Assembly (NCBI RefSeq): GCF_017348835.2
Contig: NZ_CP071375.1
Reading direction: 5' to 3' (one strand)
DNA from: Escherichia coli
GTDB taxonomy: Bacteria > Pseudomonadota > Gammaproteobacteria > Enterobacterales > Enterobacteriaceae
Length of the DNA: 64,000 nucleotides
Under the pieces are notes generated by a model. It had not been told where the DNA came from and ran no database searches. It saw nothing but the letters and a program-made list of their open reading frames with translations. Shown here one piece after another: positions 57,305 to 64,000 of this stretch. Numbering within the stretch: the first letter of the stretch is position 1; the number at the start of each line of letters is the position of its first letter. The position numbers were made by a program, and so were the translations under genes.

Positions 57305-58436
57305 TTGCATATTCCTTAGCCCAGCGGGGCAGTGATAATGTCTTAATAGCTGGCCATTCATCGGTATTCAGGCAGTCAGACAGGGTTCGCAGATTGCGGT
57401 GATATTCCTGTTGACCTGCCAGTTTTGCTTCTTCGCCCATCATGAAAATTTCAACCGGATAACGTCCGCATTCAATAGTTGTGCTGGCAACCAGAAAAAC
57501 GAAAGTTGGCTGCACTCCAAACTGTGCTTCATAACCGTCACTGTAGAATGCATCCTGAACGTGATAGCGGTAGTCGTAATAAGCGGTTTTGAATCGTTGA
57601 ATATCCGCCGTAGTTTTCACGTCCATGATCCAGTGAAATTCAGGGATAATTTTGTCCGGACGGCACCGACACAAAATTCCTGTTTCAGGATCTTCCCAGT
57701 AAATTGATGATTCAGCGTGTCCGGCGCTTTCAACAAGCCATTGCCCCAGCGGCAAAGCCATAACGCTTTGATACATGAGTTCAATTTTCCGGCCTTCTTC
57801 CGCAGTGATAACCGTTTTTCCTGTGCTTGCGCATTCCATCAGAAACGCTTTCTCTTCTTCTTTTCCGGCGTTTGTACGGCGGTTAAATTCAGGTGCTACG
57901 ATAAAGCGGTTACTGAATTCTTCCGGTTCAAGTACCCGGCAGTGGAAAGCAGTTCCTAAATCGAGCGTTTTTGTCTTTGTGGTGTCCACGGGGGCATTTT
58001 TACGCCACAAATATAGTGCCGGAGTATCAGCAATGTCATCGAGCTGAGACTTACTGATACCGGGACCCGCGTGGTAATTCTCATTCGAAATTCCGTAATA
58101 AATACCTGGCTCTATGTCTTCTACGATTACGGGATCTGCGACTTCGCCAGTTTCATCACTGCAATCGCGATGCGGATCGCTGCCAGCATTCTCATTGTGC
58201 GGATGTTCAGCGCCTTCCATTTCCTCCGGATCATTTTCCTTAGCTTCAACCTGACTCTCTTCATCGAATGTTTCCTGGTATGTTGCGTCGCCCATCACCG
58301 CACCACAGTCAGGGCAGTTATCCCCGCCAGTCTGGCCGCAGGCATTGCAGGCTATTTCCGGTTCCTGTTGCACTACTGGCTCAGGTTGATTCATATCTGG
58401 GCTGGTTTTTTCCGTTTCTGGCTGGTTCTGGTACAC
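57297..58436 (-). CDS. recE: exonuclease VIII RecE, C-terminal nuclease portion only (5'-truncated)
   Basis: 379-aa frame ending ...[11 protein letters not shown] and overlapping the recT start; K-12 RecE is 866 aa; frame open upstream only to a stop at 58521-58523; first start-like codon is GTG. Confidence 0.8.
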
Positions 58437-58474
58437 ACAATCGCGAGTCTGGATCCCCTTACCTGGCTGACACC

Positions 58475-59227
58475 ATGCATTTGTCAGCAGAGGAGCATGG
58501 TGCGTATTTGTTGCTGATGTTCAATTACTGGCAAACAGGAAAGCCAATACCTAAAAACAGGCTGGCAAAAATTGCCCGTCTGACTAACGAGCGATGGGCT
58601 GATGTTGAACCATCCTTGCAGGAGTTTTTTTGCGATAACGGCGAGGAATGGGTGCATCTTCGGATTGAGGAAGATCTGGCATCAGTCAGGGAAAAATTAA
58701 CCAAAAAATCAGCCGCAGGAAAAGCATCTGTTCAGGCCAGAAGAAGCAGAAAGGAAGCAGATGTTCAAACAAAACAAGAGAGAAATTTAACAGGTGTTCA
58801 AACAGATGTTGAAGTGGTGTTTGAACATGATGTCAACACAAAGGCAACTAATAAAGATACAGATAAAGATCTAAAAACAGATCCCCCCCTAAATCCCCCC
58901 CGGGGGAATCGAGGTGTCAAAAAGTTTGACCCTCTGGATATTGCTTTGCCGAACTGGATTTCTGTCTCGCTTTGGCGTGAGTGGGTTGAATTTCGCCAGG
59001 CATTGCGAAAACCGATTCGAACGGAGCAGGGCGCTAACGGGGCGATACGGGAGCTGGAAAAATTCCGCCAGCAGGGTTTTTCACCTGAGCAGGTGATTCG
59101 ACACAGCATCGCCAATGAATACCAGGGCTTGTTCGCGCCAAAAGGTGTTCGACCTGAGACGTTACTCCGACAGGTTAACACCGTCTCGTTACCGGATAGT
59201 GCGATCCCGCCAGGCTTCAGGGGGTAA
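58475..59227 (+). CDS. ydaU: prophage replication protein, DUF1376 plus DnaT-like C-terminal domain (YdaU-like)
   Basis: 250 aa from [19 protein letters not shown]; upstream in-frame residues (SPYLADT) still look like DUF1376, suggesting the true N-terminus is missing. Confidence 0.6.
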
Positions 59228-59233
59228 CTGACC

Positions 59234-59980
59234 ATGAAAAATATTGCGGCAGGCGGCATTCTTGAACGTATCCGCAGACTGGCCCCGCCACATGTAACCG
59301 CCCCATTCAAAACGGTAGCGGAGTGGCGCGAGTGGCAACTTTCCGAAGGCCAGAAACGTTGTGAGGAGATCAACCGTCAGAATCGTCAGTTGCGGGTGGA
59401 AAAAATTCTGAATCGCTCCGGCATCCAGCCGTTGCACCGCAAATGCTCGTTTTCGAATTACCAGGTGCAGAACGAAGGGCAGCGATACGCGTTGAGTCAG
59501 GCGAAATCCATCGCTGATGAACTGATGACCGGGTGTACAAATTTTGCGTTCAGCGGAAAACCTGGTACCGGAAAAAACCATCTGGCGGCGGCTATCGGGA
59601 ATCGCCTGCTGAAAGATGGCCAGACAGTGATTGTGGTTACCGTGGCTGATGTCATGAGTGCCCTACACGCCAGCTATGACGACGGGCAATCAGGCGAAAA
59701 ATTTTTGCGGGAACTGTGCCAAGTGGATCTGCTGGTTCTTGATGAAATTGGCATTCAGCGCGAGACAAAAAACGAGCAGGTGGTGCTGCACCAGATTGTT
59801 GATCGCCGGACAGCGTCGATGCGCAGCGTGGGGATGCTGACAAACCTGAATTATGAGGCCATGAAAACATTGCTCGGCGAGAGGATTATGGATCGCATGA
59901 CCATGAACGGCGGGCGATGGGTGAATTTTAACTGGGAGAGCTGGCGTCCGAATGTCGTCCAGCCAGGAATTGCGAAGTAA
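59234..59980 (+). CDS. ydaV: DnaC-like replication protein (helicase loader homolog)
   Basis: 248 aa, colinear with DnaC as I recall it ([17 protein letters not shown], Walker [26 protein letters not shown]). Confidence 0.85.
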   Translation: MKNIAAGGILERIRRLAPPHVTAPFKTVAEWREWQLSEGQKRCEEINRQNRQLRVEKILNRSGIQPLHRKCSFSNYQVQNEGQRYALSQAKSIADELMTGCTNFAFSGKPGTGKNHLAAAIGNRLLKDGQTVIVVTVADVMSALHASYDDGQSGEKFLRELCQVDLLVLDEIGIQRETKNEQVVLHQIVDRRTASMRSVGMLTNLNYEAMKTLLGERIMDRMTMNGGRWVNFNWESWRPNVVQPGIAK

Positions 59981-60002
59981 TTTTTACCGGGAGAAAAATT
60001 TA

Positions 60003-60764
60003 ATGGAGACTGTTTTTGACGCACTGAAAGCAATGGGAAAAGCTACATCCATAGAACTTGCTGCGCGACTTGATATCAGCCGTGAAGAAGTGCTGAACGA
60101 ACTATGGGAACTGAAAAAGGCTGGTTTCGTTGATAAAAGCGCGTACACCTGGCGTGTGGCTGATAACAACGTTCAGCAGGAACAGCCAGCGCCGGCAGAA
60201 CTGCCGGAAGAAACTACCACGGCAACAGTCGCGAAAATTTCAGAGAGCGATTTAACTGCGACGATTGAACAACGTGGTCCACTAACTGCGGATGAACTGG
60301 CTACGTTGTTCGGTACCACATCCCGCAAAGTGGCTTCAACGCTGGCAATGGCAATCAGCAAAGCTCGTCTGATTCGCGTTAATCAGAACGGTAAATTTCG
60401 TTACTGCATGCCGGGCGGTAATTTACCAGCAGAGCCGAAAGCTGCATCGGTAGCGGAAACAGATGGTAAAGCCTTTCCTCAGCTAGCCGGTGTTGCGTTA
60501 CCAGTACAGGAAGCTGCAACACAGGAAGATATTAAAACAGAAACTGTGGCGGACATTGTGCAGTCGTTGCCATCGTTTACTGAAACGCAAGCGGATAACC
60601 TGATTTTACCATCGCTGCATATGGCAAACCGTGAACTGCGTCGGGCGAAAAATCATGTCCAGAAGTGGGAGCGAGTCTGCGCCGCGCTGCGGGAGCTGAA
60701 CAAGCACCGGGATATTGTTCGACAGATTACTGATTCTTCCCGCCGTGTTGTATCGGAAAAGTGA
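60003..60764 (+). CDS. hypothetical prophage protein with two winged-helix-like segments
   Basis: 253 aa from [45 protein letters not shown]; ATG at 60003 with GGGAGA RBS; the longer ORF-track start at 59952 overlaps ydaV. Confidence 0.6.
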   Translation: METVFDALKAMGKATSIELAARLDISREEVLNELWELKKAGFVDKSAYTWRVADNNVQQEQPAPAELPEETTTATVAKISESDLTATIEQRGPLTADELATLFGTTSRKVASTLAMAISKARLIRVNQNGKFRYCMPGGNLPAEPKAASVAETDGKAFPQLAGVALPVQEAATQEDIKTETVADIVQSLPSFTETQADNLILPSLHMANRELRRAKNHVQKWERVCAALRELNKHRDIVRQITDSSRRVVSEK

Positions 60765-60779
60765 TTGCCGGAGGCGCTT

Positions 60780-61211
60780 ATGGCAAAAGTATTTACACAA
60801 GAAGAGCGGGAAAAAATTAAAGGGCAGGTTGTTGAACTAGTACGCCGGAGTGGGCGCGAGACGTTACGGCAACTGGAAGCCAAGACAGGTGCGACAAGAT
60901 ATCTGATGAGCGTTCTCGCCAGAGAGCTGGTTGCCAGTGGCGATGTATACAACTCTGGTTACGGGTTATTCCCGTCTGAACAGGCTCGTAAGGACTGGCA
61001 AAATGCCCGCAAAAAACTATCTAGGGCAAAGGTGAAGAAACCATCTGTGGTTGATCCGGACCTTATCTGGTCATTACCAGACGGAGAAATACGCCGCTAC
61101 GACAGGCGTCTGAACATAATCTGTCGCGAGTGCCGGAAGAGCGAAGTTATGCAGCGTGTGCTGGCGTTTTATCAGAATGGTTTTCGAGAGAGGCTTGGAG
61201 ATCAGGGATGA
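60780..61211 (+). CDS. hypothetical prophage protein
   Basis: 143 aa from MAKVFTQEEREKIKGQVVELVRR; GGAGG RBS 5-6 nt upstream of the ATG at 60780. Confidence 0.55.
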   Translation: MAKVFTQEEREKIKGQVVELVRRSGRETLRQLEAKTGATRYLMSVLARELVASGDVYNSGYGLFPSEQARKDWQNARKKLSRAKVKKPSVVDPDLIWSLPDGEIRRYDRRLNIICRECRKSEVMQRVLAFYQNGFRERLGDQG

Positions 61212-61404
61212 ATAGAACGATGAAGGATGGAAGCTACATATTCTCGGTACTAAGATTTATTTTTCTGACACAAAATGACCATTTGGCGTTACATAATCCC
61301 AAAAAAACGTATCAAAAATCTCAAAATGCGTTACGATTAGAGAGTATTTTGATTCTGCGTGCTCATTTTTTGATTGCTGTGGCTTTTTGTTGTGGGAGTG
61401 TTGA

Positions 61405-62559
61405 ATGGATTATTTATCAGAAGTGTTAAAAATCATTGAAGGTGCAACAAAGGCAAATGCTTCGATGGCTAGTAATTATGCTGGGTTGCTGGCAGATAAG
61501 CTCGAACAAAAAGGGGAGGTCAAGCAAGCCAGAATGATAAGAGAAAGGTTGCTTAGAGCTCCCCAGGCGTTGGCAGGAGCTCAAAGGGCTGGAGGTGGGA
61601 TATCTCTGGGCTCATTACCGGTAGATATTGATAGTCGACTCAACACTGTTGATGTCAGTTATCCTAAATTAGACAGTTCAGAGATTTTTCTGCCTGCAGC
61701 AATCAGTACCCGTGTTGAAGAGTTTATCACTAATGTTCAACGTTATGATGAGTTTGTTAAAGCTGATGCAGCATTGCCGAGTCGTATGCTCGTGTATGGA
61801 AAGCCAGGAACAGGTAAGACTATGTTATCTAAGTACATCGCTACCCGCTTAGATTTTCCACTTCTTACAGTGCGTTGCGATACTTTGATTAGTAGTTTAT
61901 TGGGACAAACCAGCAAAAATCTTAGACAGGTTTTCGATTATGTAATGCAGAGGCCATCAGTGCTTTTTTTAGACGAATTTGATGCTTTAGCTGGAGCAAG
62001 AGGTAATGAGAGAGATATAGGTGAGCTTCAGCGAGTTGTCATTTCACTATTGCAGAATATGGATGCGGCATCAGAGGATACGGTAATTATTGCCTCAACT
62101 AACCATGAGCAACTTCTGGATCCTGCAATCTGGAGGCGATTTAGCTTCAGAATTCCAATGCCTCTGCCTGACATACATCAGAGAGAGTTAATTTGGAAAA
62201 ATCGTTTAAAGAATATGATATGTAGCGATCTAGATTTAAGTGATTTATCAAGAAAATCGGAAGGATTATCCGGAGCAATAATTGAACAGGTGAGCTTGGA
62301 TGCACGTAGGGATGCAGTTATTGAAGGTGCAAGTGTGATAAATCACCACAAATTGTATAGGCGTTTGTATCTTGCTCAATCGCTTATGGAAGGTGTAAAT
62401 TTAAGCACTTACGAAGATGAAATTCGTTGGTTACGTTCTAAAGATAAAAAATTATTTTCTATCAGAGTTCTTGCTAATTTGTACAAACTTACATCAAGAG
62501 TAATTTCAAACATTCTGAAGGAGTCAGGAGCATATGAGCAGAAGGGGTACACAGTTTAG
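61405..62559 (+). CDS. classic-clade AAA ATPase with ~125-aa N-terminal extension; first gene of the ATPase-protease cassette
   Basis: 384 aa; Walker A GKPGTGKT (61798-61821), Walker B VLFLDEFD (D190/E191 at 61972-61977), sensor-1 IIASTN, arginine-finger region DPAIWRRF; GGGAG RBS; AT-rich. Confidence 0.85.
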   Translation: MDYLSEVLKIIEGATKANASMASNYAGLLADKLEQKGEVKQARMIRERLLRAPQALAGAQRAGGGISLGSLPVDIDSRLNTVDVSYPKLDSSEIFLPAAISTRVEEFITNVQRYDEFVKADAALPSRMLVYGKPGTGKTMLSKYIATRLDFPLLTVRCDTLISSLLGQTSKNLRQVFDYVMQRPSVLFLDEFDALAGARGNERDIGELQRVVISLLQNMDAASEDTVIIASTNHEQLLDPAIWRRFSFRIPMPLPDIHQRELIWKNRLKNMICSDLDLSDLSRKSEGLSGAIIEQVSLDARRDAVIEGASVINHHKLYRRLYLAQSLMEGVNLSTYEDEIRWLRSKDKKLFSIRVLANLYKLTSRVISNILKESGAYEQKGYTV

Positions 62560-64000
62560 TAACGCAAAAGTTACAAACCCAACGTTAAGAATCCCTTTTT
62601 CCAGTAGTGACTTGGGTGCAATAGTAAACGCTGGCGGTGGGGCAAAGGTATTGGTTGATGTAACAGCCGAATATAGACAAGGGCTAGTAAGAAATTTAAC
62701 AACCAGTAAACATTATTTAGAATCCAAACTTTCAGAGTACCCTGGAAGCTTGGGTACTTTGGTTTTCAAATTAAGAGACCAGGGAATAGCCAAAACGCAT
62801 AGGCCGAACAAAATTGCTCAAGAGGCTGGATTGCAAAATGCCGGTCATGCCAAAATAGATGAAATGTTGGTTGCTGCTCATGCCGGCTGTTTTGACGTAT
62901 TAGAGTCAGTCATTTTAAATCGGAATATTAAAGCGATTTTGGCTAATCTAAGCGCGATTGAGCGCATTGAACCTTGGGATGAGAATAGGAAGGTTCCGGG
63001 AGGCACTGATGGTTTGTTTGAATCATCAAACATCCTTGTACGACTATTTGAGTACACAGGTGAAGATGCAACTTACAACAACTATGAAAACGTTATTTCT
63101 ATATTAGAACAATACGGAGTTAAATATGATGAAATTAGACAAAAATGTGGTCTTCCCTTATTAAGGATAATGGATTTATCCCCAAGTGATAGATATATAT
63201 TAGACATTCTCATTGATTACCCGGGTATAAGAACGTTAATTCCAGAACCAAAATATTCAGCATTCCCGGTTAGTGTAAGTGATTCTGTTGGCATTGAAAC
63301 AAATAGCTTTCCCGTACCATCAGAAGAATTACCCATTGTTGCTGTATTTGACACTGGGGTAAGCCCCATCGCGGCAACAATTACTCCTTGGGTAGTGAGT
63401 AGGGAAACATACGTAATTCCTCCTGATACGAGTTATGAACATGGGACTATGGTGTCTTCATTGATATCAGGCGCTCATTTTTTAAATGACAATCATCCAT
63501 GGATTCCTGATACAAAATCTAAAATCCATGATGTTTGTGCTTTAGATGAAAATGGATCTTATATATCAGATTTAATTCTGAGGCTAGCAGATGCTGTAAA
63601 TAAAAGACCAGATATAAAAGTCTGGAATTTGTCTTTGGGAGGCGGACCATGTAATGAGCAGATGTTTAGTGATTTTGCGATGGAGTTAGATCGGCTCAGC
63701 GATAAATTTGGTATTTTGTTTGTAGTTGCTGCAGGTAATTATGTAGATGAACCTATACGTACATGGCCAAATCCTGATCCGCTTGGAGGTGCTGATTTAA
63801 TTTCCTCTCCTGGAGAGTCAGTCCGAGCACTAACAGTTGGTTCAGTTTCTCATATGGAAGCTAATGATGCTTTAAGTGAAATTGGAACACCGACACCATA
63901 TACTCGTCGTGGCCCTGGTCCTGTATTTACTCCAAAGCCAGATATAATCCATGCTGGCGGTGGGGTTCATAGACCTTGGAATGTAGGAGCAAGCAGTTTA
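62534..64000 (+). CDS. subtilisin-like (S8) serine peptidase, partial (runs off window end); second gene of the cassette
   Basis: ATG at 62534 overlaps the ATPase 3' end by 26 nt; catalytic Asp in VAVFDTG (63350-63352), His in YEHGTMVSS (63440-63442), S8 motifs VWNLSLGG and VVAAGN (Asn at 63737-63739); catalytic Ser expected beyond 64000; ~270 aa precede the catalytic core. Confidence 0.8.
   Translation, partial: MSRRGTQFSNAKVTNPTLRIPFSSSDLGAIVNAGGGAKVLVDVTAEYRQGLVRNLTTSKHYLESKLSEYPGSLGTLVFKLRDQGIAKTHRPNKIAQEAGLQNAGHAKIDEMLVAAHAGCFDVLESVILNRNIKAILANLSAIERIEPWDENRKVPGGTDGLFESSNILVRLFEYTGEDATYNNYENVISILEQYGVKYDEIRQKCGLPLLRIMDLSPSDRYILDILIDYPGIRTLIPEPKYSAFPVSVSDSVGIETNSFPVPSEELPIVAVFDTGVSPIAATITPWVVSRETYVIPPDTSYEHGTMVSSLISGAHFLNDNHPWIPDTKSKIHDVCALDENGSYISDLILRLADAVNKRPDIKVWNLSLGGGPCNEQMFSDFAMELDRLSDKFGILFVVAAGNYVDEPIRTWPNPDPLGGADLISSPGESVRALTVGSVSHMEANDALSEIGTPTPYTRRGPGPVFTPKPDIIHAGGGVHRPWNVGASSL

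Noticed and set aside
58451-58456. BamHI site (GGATCC) exactly at the recE / ydaU-like junction, considered as a possible cloning scar
   Set aside because: A 6-bp site is expected many times by chance in 64 kb, and the flanks show no vector or polylinker sequence, so it is not evidence of engineering.
59952-60002. Longer N-terminal extension ([17 protein letters not shown]...) for the 60003-60764 gene
   Set aside because: This start overlaps the ydaV 3' end and lacks an RBS; the ATG at 60003 has a good Shine-Dalgarno.
61130-61429. 99-aa ORF overlapping the end of the 60780-61211 gene and the ATPase start
   Set aside because: No RBS, low-complexity hydrophobic translation, and it overlaps the AT-rich promoter spacer; likely spurious.

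Overview
Escherichia coli-type chromosomal segment. From the window start to ~53.1 kb it is a conserved core region: puuP (partial), puuADRCBE putrescine-utilisation cluster, pspF/pspABCDE, the ycjMNOPQRSTUV-ompG sugar cluster with ycjW, ycjX, ycjF, tyrR, tpx, ycjG, mpaA, a NAD(P)-binding gene and two alpha/beta-hydrolase paralogs, pgrR, mppA, ynaI, ynaJ, uspE, fnr, ogt, abgTBA/abgR, sRNA mcaS, smrA, dgcM, zntB, sRNA fnrS, dbpA and ttcA. From ~53.15 kb to the window end is the left arm of a Rac-type lambdoid prophage: intR, xisR, ydaC, an IS3-family (IS629-like) insertion that disrupts ralR, recT, a 5'-truncated recE, DnaT-like and DnaC-like replication genes, two hypothetical genes, and an AT-rich two-gene cassette running off the window end. 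That cassette, an AAA ATPase gene overlapping a subtilisin-like (S8) serine peptidase gene, is the main candidate for an accessory system, probably anti-phage defence; its architecture resembles the ATPase plus S8 protease arrangement reported for ietAS. Other points of interest are a premature stop in ycjQ, a frameshift in a poly-C tract in a hydrolase paralog, and a 17-bp direct repeat bracketing ycjM-ycjT. All gene identifications are from reading the translated ORFs and recognising proteins and motifs; no database search was run. CDS coordinates include the stop codon.
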